37,242 nucleotides of DNA. Source: a virus. Numbering within the stretch: the stretch's first letter is position 1; each line of letters starts with the position of its first letter. Both the position numbers and the translations under genes were made by a program. Shown piece after piece: positions 20,826-28,556 of this stretch. The notes beneath the pieces were generated by a model that saw only the letters and a list, made by a program, of their open reading frames with translations, made no database searches and had not been told where the DNA came from. The stretch lies in the UHGV virus genome UHGV-1405961, one strand, 5' to 3'.

Positions 20826-20908
20826 ATAAAAAAGCCACCGTTGCAACTTAAGAGTCACTAACGGCAGCTTACCTTCTAATTATGGCTAAATGGCTAATTG
20901 CATGTCAA
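20826..20908 (-). promoter_or_regulatory. Late promoter pR' (-35 TTGACA, -10 CATAAT, 18-bp spacer) with an immediately following short terminated leader (tR'-like)
   Basis: Minus strand reads TTGACA-N18-CATAAT (plus 20903-20908 and 20879-20884), then hairpin CCGTT...AACGG with palindromic GTTGCAAC and a U-run from plus AAAAAA 20826-20832. The -35 lies inside the 3' end of Q. Confidence 0.5.
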
Positions 20909-21404
20909 GGCTTTTAACAGCAACATGCTTAACTTTCTCAACACGTTTACGCATTTTGAAAGCATTTTGCATCGGCTGGTATAAAACAAATAATGACGCT
21001 TTCAGGATGTCGTCAATTTCGTTTCTACAGGTTGCCAGTGAAGGTTTTCTCCATCCCTCGCCACCACGTCCACACATCTTGCGTTGCTTTGCAGTCGCGT
21101 GATAGTAGGATGCAATTGCTCGCTTAGATGAACCATGAGCGTAGTAGCTGAGGAGGATGCTAAAGGCTTTCTTGTCAATGTACATGACGGAATCGACGAC
21201 CTGAGAAATCAACATTCCATCATCATCATTACACATTGGCCTTGTCATAACTCTTCCCGGCTCTACGCTCTCCATGAACTTCGCTATTACGCTGCTCATG
21301 CGCTTTTCCAGGCGGCCTGAATAAACCCATGCGCCCCACAGTTCAAGCCAGCCATTCAGCCAATCGTGCTGTTCTTTGGTGAGGTTTAGTTCTCTTATGC
21401 TCAT
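20886..21404 (-). CDS. Q: Late-gene antiterminator Q (Q933W/Q82-like family)
   Basis: 172 aa; WGAW...RPMCNDDDGMLIS...LLSYYAHG pattern resembles the short Q antiterminators of Stx-type lambdoid phages; located between ninH and pR'/S. Confidence 0.7.
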   Translation of the reverse strand: MSIRELNLTKEQHDWLNGWLELWGAWVYSGRLEKRMSSVIAKFMESVEPGRVMTRPMCNDDDGMLISQVVDSVMYIDKKAFSILLSYYAHGSSKRAIASYYHATAKQRKMCGRGGEGWRKPSLATCRNEIDDILKASLFVLYQPMQNAFKMRKRVEKVKHVAVKSLDMQLAI

Positions 21405-21589
21405 CGTCTTCCCCTCTTGCCCTGTTTGACCATCAGGACGCCGTTAACTATTACGTGACGCTCGCCTTTGCTGTCTCGGTTGTACTTGAGCACTGTTCCT
21501 CTTGCGCAGGAAAGCATCCTTGCCACTTCGGTCTGATTGCCTCGTGTCTGGATAAGAAGCTCTGGTATCGTTTGAATTGTGGCGTTCAT
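21401..21589 (-). CDS. ninH: NinH
   Basis: 62 aa; TIPELLIQTRGNQTEVARMLSCARGTVLKYNRDSKGERHVIVNGVLMV matches lambda NinH as recalled; overlaps Q start and rusA stop. Confidence 0.75.
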   Translation of the reverse strand: MNATIQTIPELLIQTRGNQTEVARMLSCARGTVLKYNRDSKGERHVIVNGVLMVKQGKRGRR

Positions 21590-21948
21590 ACGCTCTCCAG
21601 TTCGGTGATTTTTATTCCAAGCCTTCCGCCTGGTACTTTCACGCCACGAATTACGCGAATGTCATCGAATTGCTCGTCGTCTTCCGCAAATCCGGCGTGG
21701 ATAAGGGAGTCGAGTAAACCTTTCAGGATGTTGTCGAGGTCGCGGCGGCGGGAGTCTGGAACGTCTGCGATGACTTTGATGCGGAGTCGTGATTTGGTGA
21801 AAATGTCTAACTTAAGTTGGCGGATGATTTGCTGAACGTCTTTTCGGTATTTCTGGCCTTTATCGCTGATGTAGTATCGACTCCCCCGTCTTCGCCAGTA
21901 GGTATTCAGCGACGGCGGGTATGGAAGCACAAACTGATATTCGTTCAT
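21586..21948 (-). CDS. rusA: Holliday-junction resolvase RusA
   Basis: 120 aa; LPYPPSLNTYWRRRG...DVPDSRRRDLDNILKGLLDSLIHAGFAEDDEQ matches the RusA family. Confidence 0.85.
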   Translation of the reverse strand: MNEYQFVLPYPPSLNTYWRRRGSRYYISDKGQKYRKDVQQIIRQLKLDIFTKSRLRIKVIADVPDSRRRDLDNILKGLLDSLIHAGFAEDDEQFDDIRVIRGVKVPGGRLGIKITELESV

Positions 21949-22223
21949 TGGACAAACACCCTCCCATTGTTAACCAATTTTTTAAGGGTAAGCACAATGG
22001 CCCGATCCATTTCAGCCCTTCGCTCTTCCCTGCTCATATCTCTCCCATTATCAATTCTTGAATGACAATCAACACATAGCGCAGCAGTAAGGCAATCATC
22101 TACTTTAATCCCAACCCCCTTCCCTTCATTTCTGTGAGCGGCCTGAACTCCGTATCTTCCGCAAAGAACGCAAAATTCAATATCCCTGACTGCCTGAAGC
22201 CATTTTTTGCTTCTAAACATCAA
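21945..22223 (-). CDS. Cys-rich nin-region protein (DUF1364/YbcO-like, putative nuclease)
   Basis: 92 aa with a CVLCG...H...C..CH motif; position between rusA and ninF; family assignment from memory only. Confidence 0.5.
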   Translation of the reverse strand: MMFRSKKWLQAVRDIEFCVLCGRYGVQAAHRNEGKGVGIKVDDCLTAALCVDCHSRIDNGRDMSREERRAEMDRAIVLTLKKLVNNGRVFVQ

Positions 22224-22722
22224 TCCCCTCCAAAAAACGTCGGTACGCTGATTTGTTTTTTATGTTGCACACTGTCTGCGCACAAACACCAAATTCTTTG
22301 GCTATATCTCTGTATTTGCCTTTTGATTTATATATTGATTTCACTTGTTCTGGCGTTAGTTTGCAGAAGTGATGATTAAACCCATGAACAAGCAATCCGG
22401 AATCAAATCCATGTTTCGCATTTTCTGTTCGCGTTACCCACTCAAGATTTTCAACTTTATTATTAAGTTTATTTCCATCCTTGTGATTAACTTCCGGTTT
22501 GCCATCTGGGTTATCAATAAATACTTCTGCAACAATTCTGTGAACCATTTTATATGATGGTCTTTTCCCGCCACCTGGATACAGACCGACAAATGCATAT
22601 CCTCCTGGTTTAATGCCATGAGATAATTTTTTTGATTTACGGCATGAAATGATGTCTCCATTTTCATTTACTTTATATATACCCTCAAAGCCGGGGATAT
22701 CTTTTTCTTTAACATCATTCAT
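22213..22722 (-). CDS. HNH homing-endonuclease-like protein (NUMOD4-like N-terminus plus HNH motif)
   Basis: 169 aa; N-terminal IPGFEGIYKVNENGDIIS and downstream NHKDGNKLNNKVENLEW..TRTEN fit the phage HNH_3 homing-endonuclease architecture. AT-rich; start overlaps the ninF stop. Confidence 0.75.
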   Translation of the reverse strand: MNDVKEKDIPGFEGIYKVNENGDIISCRKSKKLSHGIKPGGYAFVGLYPGGGKRPSYKMVHRIVAEVFIDNPDGKPEVNHKDGNKLNNKVENLEWVTRTENAKHGFDSGLLVHGFNHHFCKLTPEQVKSIYKSKGKYRDIAKEFGVCAQTVCNIKNKSAYRRFLEGIDV

Positions 22723-22891
22723 CGTCTTCTTCCTCGTACATTGAGCTATTCGGATCGCTCATCAGTTCTGCGCAGCAATCTGAGCACACGTGAACTTCCA
22801 GCACATGCAGCTTCTGACCGCAGTTAGCGCACGTTAAAGCCCGCTCGACGCTTTCTTTCTGGTATTGAAGGGATTGGGATGGGCTAAGCAT
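22715..22891 (-). CDS. ninF: NinF
   Basis: 58-aa ORF not in the supplied track (<60 aa): MLSPSQSLQYQKESVERALTCANCGQKLHVLEVHVCSDCCAELMSDPNSSMYEEEDDE, translated by me from the minus strand; position and Cys motif fit lambda NinF. Confidence 0.55.
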   Translation of the reverse strand: MLSPSQSLQYQKESVERALTCANCGQKLHVLEVHVCSDCCAELMSDPNSSMYEEEDDE

Positions 22892-23294
22892 TATTGGCGT
22901 CCTGCATCATGAGAAAGACAATCATGGCGGCGCGGAGTGGATTAGACTGATACTGAATTCCGAACTTTTGACAAGATGAAATCGCATCACACCACTCGTG
23001 ATATTCGCCTTCATATCTCGTATCGGTACTATCAAACATTATGCTGATTTTGTTTTCAGTGATAATTGGCCACGCATATTCAGGATTATTGCAAGGATTG
23101 AAGCAATTTCCGTTTGAAGAACGGAAGCCATTAATATCCCTTTTTTGCGTCTGCCAAATAGGACCTCTTTCGTCAGTGGGGATCTCAGAATCGAAATCTG
23201 CTTCGTCATCAGGTATGAAGAAATGCTCCTCCATATCTAAAGCCTCACATACTCGCTTGTTAATTTCAAAATCACTTAACTGTGAATAATCCAT
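22884..23294 (-). CDS. NinX-like protein (DUF2591-like)
   Basis: 136 aa from ATG 23292-23294, 5 nt after GAGGAAG; sits between ninE and ninF as ninX does in P22-like nin regions. Confidence 0.5.
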   Translation of the reverse strand: MDYSQLSDFEINKRVCEALDMEEHFFIPDDEADFDSEIPTDERGPIWQTQKRDINGFRSSNGNCFNPCNNPEYAWPIITENKISIMFDSTDTRYEGEYHEWCDAISSCQKFGIQYQSNPLRAAMIVFLMMQDANNA

Positions 23295-23296
23295 TG

Positions 23297-23473
23297 TCAC
23301 TTCCTCGCACGATGTCTTAGCCACCGGATATCCCACAGGTGAGCCGTGTAGTTGAAGGTTTTTACGTCAGATTCTTTTGGGATTGGCTTGCGTTTATTTC
23401 TGGAGCGTTTCGTTGGAAGGTATTTGCAGTTTTCGCAGATGATGTCGGTGATACTTCGTCGCTGTCGTCTCAT
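23297..23473 (-). CDS. ninE: NinE
   Basis: 58 aa, [51 protein letters not shown]..., recalled as lambda NinE; ATG overlaps the ninB stop (ATGA). Confidence 0.7.
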   Translation of the reverse strand: MRRQRRSITDIICENCKYLPTKRSRNKRKPIPKESDVKTFNYTAHLWDIRWLRHRARK

Positions 23474-23880
23474 TCGTACCTCCTGTCGGTAAATCTGACA
23501 CCCTGACCAATAGCCCATGCTGTCGTGTACTCAATCAGGCTTGCCATGCGCTTCACGCTCATCTGCGCGCTACTTTCGCGAATGTTGACGTATTCGCCTT
23601 CAAGCCCGGGCAAAACATCAGCTTCCTGCTTTGTTGCCACTGCATGACCGCTTATCAACAAAACCTTCCATTGTTCCGGTTTTAACCATTTGCCGCACCA
23701 TTGAACCTGACGAGCGATATCCGACAGCATCGCGTGAAATTTTGCGTTCTGGTCAAGGTTGCGCTTGTAGTCAGTAATGCGGATGGTGATTGGCTTGTCT
23801 TTATCGAGTGGTGTTGCGAGGATGGCATTTATTGCGGCTTGCTGTTGTTGCTTAGTTCGGAGGAAGATTGTTTGCTTCAT
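23470..23880 (-). CDS. ninB: NinB (Orf-family recombination mediator)
   Basis: 136 aa; pattern ...[30 protein letters not shown]... aligns with lambda NinB as recalled. Confidence 0.7.
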   Translation of the reverse strand: MKQTIFLRTKQQQQAAINAILATPLDKDKPITIRITDYKRNLDQNAKFHAMLSDIARQVQWCGKWLKPEQWKVLLISGHAVATKQEADVLPGLEGEYVNIRESSAQMSVKRMASLIEYTTAWAIGQGVRFTDRRYE

Positions 23881-23882
23881 CG

Positions 23883-24260
23883 TTACTCCTTCACTTTGAT
23901 TCCAGCGGCGCGAAGAACCTCTTCAATTTCCCATCCAGCATGCACAGGATAGCGGTCTGAACCGTCGCAGCATTTATCCTTTTCGCTATATGACACCGCC
24001 ACATCATCCCAATAATCGTCAGGCGCATGACCAGCCTGAATCCATATAAGATGTGCATGAGGCTTTGGTAGCTCAATTTCTATTGCCGCCCTGCTATCTA
24101 TCCATGCTTGCCATGCATTATGTAAGTCTGGGTTGTGCAGGTAATCACCCAGCATTCGCTTATTAACAATTTCCTCTACTGAGATATTGAATTGCTTTGA
24201 TGCCCATTGCTCGAAAGACTTTCTTGATTCGTCCATATCAATCCCCGTTAATCGTTTCAC
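23883..24260 (-). CDS. Hypothetical nin-region protein
   Basis: 125-aa ORF co-directional with and tightly packed among nin genes. Confidence 0.5.
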   Translation of the reverse strand: MKRLTGIDMDESRKSFEQWASKQFNISVEEIVNKRMLGDYLHNPDLHNAWQAWIDSRAAIEIELPKPHAHLIWIQAGHAPDDYWDDVAVSYSEKDKCCDGSDRYPVHAGWEIEEVLRAAGIKVKE

Positions 24261-24459
24261 TCACGAATCTGACAAAACCAGCCATGTTAATTTGCATGAG
24301 TTTTTTCAACACCTTGTCTCTTCGACTACGTTTTGGTTTTGGCCTGTGGTTGAATCTTTCACAAACTGGAAGTCTCGATGATTTCCAGTACCTATTACGC
24401 CTTGCTCCATCTTCAGCCATATCGGCATGAATAAGGTCTGCGAGTGTGCTCATATTCAC
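24238..24459 (-). CDS. Hypothetical basic nin-region protein (possibly NinD-like)
   Basis: 73 aa; STLADLIHADMAEDGARRNRYWKSSRLPVCERFNHRPKPKRSRRDK; very basic C-terminal half. Confidence 0.45.
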   Translation of the reverse strand: MNMSTLADLIHADMAEDGARRNRYWKSSRLPVCERFNHRPKPKRSRRDKVLKKLMQINMAGFVRFVSETINGD

Positions 24460-24468
24460 CTCTTCCAG

Positions 24469-24651
24469 TTACATTGGTTTTGTAATGTTGCTAGTCATCG
24501 TTCGAATAACAAAATGCGTAAGTAACCTTGCTTTCCACATGTAAATCTCTTCAAGGCGAGATAAATCTACGAATACCGGACCTTTGTAATCTGGTCTTGA
24601 TGCCCTTATGTATGAGCTAATAGTTTGTGCATCTTGCTCGTCCAGATTCAT
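24469..24651 (-). CDS. Hypothetical protein
   Basis: 60 aa from ATG 24649-24651, preceded by GGGGAGAGGGAAG; first gene after the tR2-like terminator. Confidence 0.45.
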   Translation of the reverse strand: MNLDEQDAQTISSYIRASRPDYKGPVFVDLSRLEEIYMWKARLLTHFVIRTMTSNITKPM

Positions 24652-24667
24652 GACTTCCCTCTCCCCC

Positions 24668-24698
24668 AAATAAAAAGGCCTGCGATTACCAGCAGGCC
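24668..24698 (-). terminator. Rho-independent terminator between replication genes and the nin region (tR2-like)
   Basis: Minus-strand GGCCTGCTGGTAATCGCAGGCC followed by TTTTTATTTGGGGG. Confidence 0.6.
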
Positions 24699-24724
24699 TG
24701 TTACAAGCTCAGTGATGTAGATGG

Positions 24725-24994
24725 TCATTCCTTCATCTCCCTTTCCATTTCATCAATGTCAACGTCATCAGGAAGATGGGAGCAATACGCCGCTATACCA
24801 TGATGATTTATCTCATACCCTTTGAACGTTACCATCTGGCGCGTAATCTCAACTTCGTTCAGGAATCCGTCATCGCATAACTGCCTGGCTATTTTCGATT
24901 TGGTCTGGATTATTGGTAGTGCCTGTTCTTTCAAAGCGCATGATATTTGTGCATCCCATGCCTTTTCGAGAATGGCTAATTGTTTTTTATTCAT
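24725..24994 (-). CDS. Hypothetical protein
   Basis: 89-aa ORF immediately downstream of the helicase gene; its start overlaps the helicase stop. Confidence 0.5.
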   Translation of the reverse strand: MNKKQLAILEKAWDAQISCALKEQALPIIQTKSKIARQLCDDGFLNEVEITRQMVTFKGYEINHHGIAAYCSHLPDDVDIDEMEREMKE

Positions 24995-26430
24995 CAGAAT
25001 CCTCCTTTCTTCTTGGACTGCGGTTCCTCGCGTTCACGGCGGCGCATTTCAGCAGACTGTTGGTCTGTGTCATAAATAGCGCCATTTGCCTGAATGCAAT
25101 ACACCGTGCCGGTATTGCCATGACGATTGAGACGAAGGATTAGTTCAGTTTCACCAGGTGGAACACTGTCATCAAAAGCGCCTTCCCGATGGACCCCGAC
25201 CCAATAATCGCAATCCTGTTCAATCTGCCCTGTATCTCGTGAGTCACTTGGTAATGGGCGTTTATTGGTTCGGCTTTCCAGTGCGCGGTTAAGCTGCGTC
25301 AGAAGCACAACAACGCAATCAAGCTCTTTGGCAAGGTTCTTCAGTCCTTTGGTGATCATGCCGTAAGCAAGGTCGTTGCGATCGGCCTTCTCAGCAGTCA
25401 TTAGTGTCAGGTAATCGACCAGAATCATGCCAACACATCCTTTTTCTCGCTTGATTCGACGGCTTTCGCTGACGATTTGAGCCAGAGATAATCCCGGCGT
25501 GTCGTCGATGTAAAGCAGGTCGATTTCACTCAAGCGATTGGCTGTTTCGATCGCCCTGTTGAAGTCACCATCGTAATCACCCTGATAGCCGTCATCAGCG
25601 TCATTTGTCGCCGGAAGGTAAAAAATATTCGGGTTAACACCAGACTTCTGCCCTACCAGTTTTTCCAGTATCTGATCACCTGGCATTTCAAGGCTGAACA
25701 TCAGAGCGGGCTTTTTCTCATGCACTGCGCAGTTGATTGCCATCTGGCTGTATAGCGTCGTTTTCCCCATCTTAGGGCGAGCGCCAATGACGAACAGAGA
25801 GCCTTTCACCAGACCTTTCGGTGACAGCATCCTGTCCAGCGATGGTATTCCTGTGCTCATTCCTCGTTGTTCACCTGACGGGTCAAATCGCTTCTCAAGG
25901 TCGCTAACCCAGTCTTCCATGACCTCACCAAATGAGCGAAGGCCGCGACGCGATCCGGTTTTTGCATGGTCTGTCAGTTGCGTGAAAATCGACTGAATAG
26001 CTTCGTACTTCTGCGTTGCAGTCATTCCATTGCGGGAATAGAGCAATTCCGTCGCTTCAGTCATGCGGTTGATGGCGTAGCGTTCCATTGCGGTTTCACG
26101 AACCTGCATTGCATAGGCAACGATGTTTGCTGCGCTTGGCGTGTTCTTTGCGATCTCAGCGATATAAGCAAAACCGCCAACAGACGCCGTTAACGATTTA
26201 CGCTCCAGTTCATCGAAAAGCGTCAGGCCATCTACTGGCTTTTGCTCCCGGTGCATTCTGGTTATCTCTTCGAAAAGGATTTTGTGTGGTCGGCTGTAAA
26301 ATGAATCAGGCTTCAGCATCGCCAGAACTTTCTGGACGCGCTCACTGCTGTCATCATCCAGAAGCAATCCACCAATCACCGCCTGCTCTGCCTCGATGCT
26401 ATGGGGCGGCGCATAAAAATTATCGGTCAT
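24994..26430 (-). CDS. Replicative DNA helicase (DnaB-like, P22 gene 12-type)
   Basis: 478 aa from ATG 26428-26430; DnaB N-terminal motif (IEAEQAVIGGLLLD) and Walker A (GARPKMGKTT); start overlaps the O-like gene 3' end. Confidence 0.9.
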   Translation of the reverse strand: MTDNFYAPPHSIEAEQAVIGGLLLDDDSSERVQKVLAMLKPDSFYSRPHKILFEEITRMHREQKPVDGLTLFDELERKSLTASVGGFAYIAEIAKNTPSAANIVAYAMQVRETAMERYAINRMTEATELLYSRNGMTATQKYEAIQSIFTQLTDHAKTGSRRGLRSFGEVMEDWVSDLEKRFDPSGEQRGMSTGIPSLDRMLSPKGLVKGSLFVIGARPKMGKTTLYSQMAINCAVHEKKPALMFSLEMPGDQILEKLVGQKSGVNPNIFYLPATNDADDGYQGDYDGDFNRAIETANRLSEIDLLYIDDTPGLSLAQIVSESRRIKREKGCVGMILVDYLTLMTAEKADRNDLAYGMITKGLKNLAKELDCVVVLLTQLNRALESRTNKRPLPSDSRDTGQIEQDCDYWVGVHREGAFDDSVPPGETELILRLNRHGNTGTVYCIQANGAIYDTDQQSAEMRRREREEPQSKKKGGF

Positions 26431-27319
26431 CGTGTTCACCCTCACGAACTTTCAGGTAGGTATTATCGTTAAGCAGGAAATCAAATCCCTTTTTGTGCCA
26501 GACGGTTCCGCGTTGATGGTTTGGACGCTCTTCGAACATCCATCGGCAATTTTCGCCTACGTAGCTCAAATAATTTCTCCAGTCCTGCATCGTGAAACCA
26601 TGCCCGTCAAGCTGGCGGGTTATCACTCCGGCTTTGCGCCAGAACGTTCGGATCTGGTTTTTACGCTTGTCATTCAGTGCGCGGATTCTTGGCGCTTCAG
26701 GAAGGATTTCGTGGTAAGCATCGACAACATCCTGACAGCTAACGGAAGGTTTTTTCTTGTCAGACTTTTTGTCTGCTGCGGTACTCTCTAATACGTCAGT
26801 ATTAGAGATAATATTATTATATTCTTTATCTGTGGTAATTTGCTGGTAATCTGCTGGTACAGTATTGCTTGCAGGCATTGGTATTGCTGGCTTTGAGGTG
26901 GTAATTTGCTGGTAATCTGCTGGTACAAAATTTGACTGATAATCGTCATATTTCTCTACCGAGAAAACTGAGAATTTACCGTGTGAAACCCAGTCAATCA
27001 TGCCGAGTTTTTTGAACTTTCTAAGCAGGTACTGAACGCGATCTGGTTTGAGTCCTGTTTCAAACGCCAGAGAGTTTCTACCGCCAAGTAGCTTCCCTCT
27101 GCCTACCAGAATTTCTCCTGCGTCAGTCATTACATACTCAGGCGTATGCTTTGCTTTGAGGATTAAGTGAACCCACAGATGCGCAGCTTCTGCGTCCTTG
27201 TAAAACGGCACATCCATAATTTTACGGTGCAGCAAGGCATACCCCTTACCGCTGCTTTGATGCGGTTGTTGTAGCCTTCTGGCCTCTCTGGCTTCGGCTA
27301 GATTAGATATGTTACTCAT
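26420..27319 (-). CDS. Replication initiator (lambda O / P22 gp18-like), containing the origin
   Basis: 299 aa; position upstream of the helicase; encodes the duplicated peptide [10 protein letters not shown](S/D)K from the internal DNA iterons. Confidence 0.75.
   Translation of the reverse strand: MSNISNLAEAREARRLQQPHQSSGKGYALLHRKIMDVPFYKDAEAAHLWVHLILKAKHTPEYVMTDAGEILVGRGKLLGGRNSLAFETGLKPDRVQYLLRKFKKLGMIDWVSHGKFSVFSVEKYDDYQSNFVPADYQQITTSKPAIPMPASNTVPADYQQITTDKEYNNIISNTDVLESTAADKKSDKKKPSVSCQDVVDAYHEILPEAPRIRALNDKRKNQIRTFWRKAGVITRQLDGHGFTMQDWRNYLSYVGENCRWMFEERPNHQRGTVWHKKGFDFLLNDNTYLKVREGEHDDR
26832..26927. repeat. Origin-of-replication iterons inside the initiator gene
   Basis: GTGGTAATTTGCTGGTAATCTGCTGGTACA occurs twice (26832-26861 and 26898-26927) with related GGTATTGCTGG copies between them and an AT-rich tract (AGAGATAATATTATTATATTC) alongside at ~26808-26830. 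Confidence 0.65.
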
Positions 27320-27458
27320 GACCTTTCTCCTTCTGCATCAGCTTCACTTTTTCCAACTCAGCCCGGAATCGACCAGGCTGCTTGAAGCTGGACAGGAAGC
27401 GATCACGTAGTATGTGTTTGTGAATTTTGTCCTGGTAAGGACTGAGTGGTTTTGTCAT
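27312..27458 (-). CDS. Hypothetical small basic protein (48 aa) between cII and O
   Basis: Not in the supplied track (<60 aa). Translated by me: [53 protein letters not shown] 4 nt upstream; ATG overlaps the upstream stop (TAATG) and its stop overlaps the O-like start. Confidence 0.45.
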   Translation of the reverse strand: MTKPLSPYQDKIHKHILRDRFLSSFKQPGRFRAELEKVKLMQKEKGHE

Positions 27459-27862
27459 TAAGCCTCCTCTACTTCGTAATCAGCGAAGTAACCAGTAGAC
27501 ATTTTTAAAAACCTTGATTCGGTGACTGTGTAAGCCTTCCTTCCTTTCCTCTCCTTGCCTTCAGGCTCTATGAGGTGGCACGAATAAATGATTCTGCGCT
27601 GCCAGTTGCCTGGCATTTCCACCACTGCCAGAACCTCAAGAATTCTCTTTCCTTCAGCATCAGCGGTGTAAAAACACTGATCACCATAACCACAATCGGC
27701 TGGCTCATAATTTTTGTGACAACCGCCAATCCAGCGCTCATCGGTATGCACGTTGCCGTCATAAGACTGATAATCTGTGCATACGAAGATAAATGGATAT
27801 ACGGTTTCGAACTTGTCACCGGCCTTTATGCCGGTGTTTACTTGCTTGGTTTGTCCTGGCAT
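27458..27862 (-). CDS. Hypothetical Cys-containing protein (134 aa) inserted between cII and O
   Basis: ATG 27860-27862 with AGGAG 7 nt upstream; [32 protein letters not shown]...[20 protein letters not shown]...SCHLIEPEG. The track ORF extends upstream into cII out of frame. Confidence 0.55.
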   Translation of the reverse strand: MPGQTKQVNTGIKAGDKFETVYPFIFVCTDYQSYDGNVHTDERWIGGCHKNYEPADCGYGDQCFYTADAEGKRILEVLAVVEMPGNWQRRIIYSCHLIEPEGKERKGRKAYTVTESRFLKMSTGYFADYEVEEA

Positions 27863-27871
27863 AATTACTCC

Positions 27872-27938
27872 TGTTACTTGGCGTAACACAGTGTGCTTAA
27901 GCGTCCAGACTGCTACCAACAGCTGGGCGTTTTTCTTT
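27872..27938 (+). ncRNA. Candidate oop-like antisense RNA (antisense to the cII 3' end)
   Basis: Plus-strand promoter-like TTTACT(27837-27842)-N17-CATAAT(27860-27865), then hairpin CGTCCAGACTGCTACCAACAGCTGGGCG and TTTTTCTTTT ending about 40 nt inside the cII 3' end; the same arrangement as lambda oop. Confidence 0.4.
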
Positions 27939-28175
27939 TGTGAGAATCGATGCCACCTGCTGAGCAAGTCTCGCCATCTCATCATCAACAACTCCCCATT
28001 CAAGAACAGCCAGAAGCATGGCCATCTTTGGGATAAAGCTGTCTTTCCATCGCGAAATTTGCGATTCATTAATCCCTAACGCGTCGGCAACCTTTCGCTG
28101 ACCACGTACAGCAATTCGATTCAGGATGTTGCTTGTAATTGCATTCGCTTTCTTGCGAGTACTTGTAAGTTGCAT
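27897..28175 (-). CDS. cII: Transcriptional activator CII
   Basis: 92 aa from ATG 28173-28175; ...ESQISRWKDSFIPKMAMLLAVLEWGVVDDEMARLAQQVASILT recalled as near-identical to lambda CII over the conserved core. Confidence 0.85.
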   Translation of the reverse strand: MQLTSTRKKANAITSNILNRIAVRGQRKVADALGINESQISRWKDSFIPKMAMLLAVLEWGVVDDEMARLAQQVASILTKEKRPAVGSSLDA

Positions 28176-28195
28176 ATGTAAGTATTTCCTTAGAT
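28150..28195 (+). promoter_or_regulatory. Candidate pRE with CII-binding repeat (TTGC-N6-TTGT) overlapping the cII start
   Basis: TTGCGAGTACTTGT at 28153-28166 followed by CATATGTAAGTATTTCC, as in the lambda pRE region; orientation points toward cro/cI antisense. Confidence 0.35.
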
Positions 28196-28254
28196 AACAA
28201 TTGATTGAATGTATGCAAATAAATGCATACACCATAGGTGTGGTTTAATTTGAT

Positions 28255-28286
28255 GCCCTTTTTCAGGGCTGGGATGTGTAAGAGCG
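28255..28286 (-). promoter_or_regulatory. nutR (boxA CGCTCTTACACA, boxB GCCCTGAAAAAGGGC)
   Basis: Minus strand reads CGCTCTTACACATCCCAGCCCTGAAAAAGGGC, matching lambda nutR boxA/boxB as recalled; between cro and cII. Confidence 0.8.
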
Positions 28287-28294
28287 TTGATAAC

Positions 28295-28525
28295 TTAAGC
28301 AGCCATTAATTCAGGCCAGATGCTTTCCCAATCAACCGGATGAAGGTCTTTGCGAGTCACTTCACCATTGCTGAACTTCTCAATCAGAACACAAAGTGCT
28401 GCGCCCAATTCATGATTACGGCTAAGTGCTTTCCTCAAATAGCCGATAGAAGTTCCGCACTTGGTGGCAAATTCTCTCTGCTCTTCCAGTGAAAGGGAGT
28501 TCAGATACAAGCGGAGTTCTTCCAT
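28295..28525 (-). CDS. cro: Cro-like repressor (HTH; YdaS/Cro family), not lambda Cro
   Basis: 76 aa, first gene rightward of OR and divergent from cI; HTH-like QREFATKCGTSIGYLRKALS; AAGGAG Shine-Dalgarno. Confidence 0.7.
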   Translation of the reverse strand: MEELRLYLNSLSLEEQREFATKCGTSIGYLRKALSRNHELGAALCVLIEKFSNGEVTRKDLHPVDWESIWPELMAA

Positions 28526-28556
28526 TTGCTATCTCCTTCCCGTTGTTGAATAAGGT

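Noticed and set aside
20388-20885. Possible tRNA or toxin cargo in the Q-S interval, the slot that carries stx and tRNA genes in Stx phages
   Set aside because: No cloverleaf-compatible sequence with a T-arm and acceptor stem could be built by eye, and no ORF has a plausible start. The track ORFs 20602-20829 and 20612-20851 lie on the strand opposite to late transcription and lack ribosome-binding sites. A tRNA scan would be the decisive check.
26832-26927. Direct repeats that could be mistaken for a small CRISPR array or a transposon end
   Set aside because: Only two full copies plus degenerate short copies, no unique spacers of regular length, and they sit inside the replication-initiator ORF next to an AT-rich tract; this is the signature of ori iterons.
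27458-28069. The 203-aa track ORF as a single gene
   Set aside because: Its upstream third overlaps the cII gene in another frame. The real gene most likely starts at the internal ATG (27860-27862), which has an AGGAG Shine-Dalgarno.
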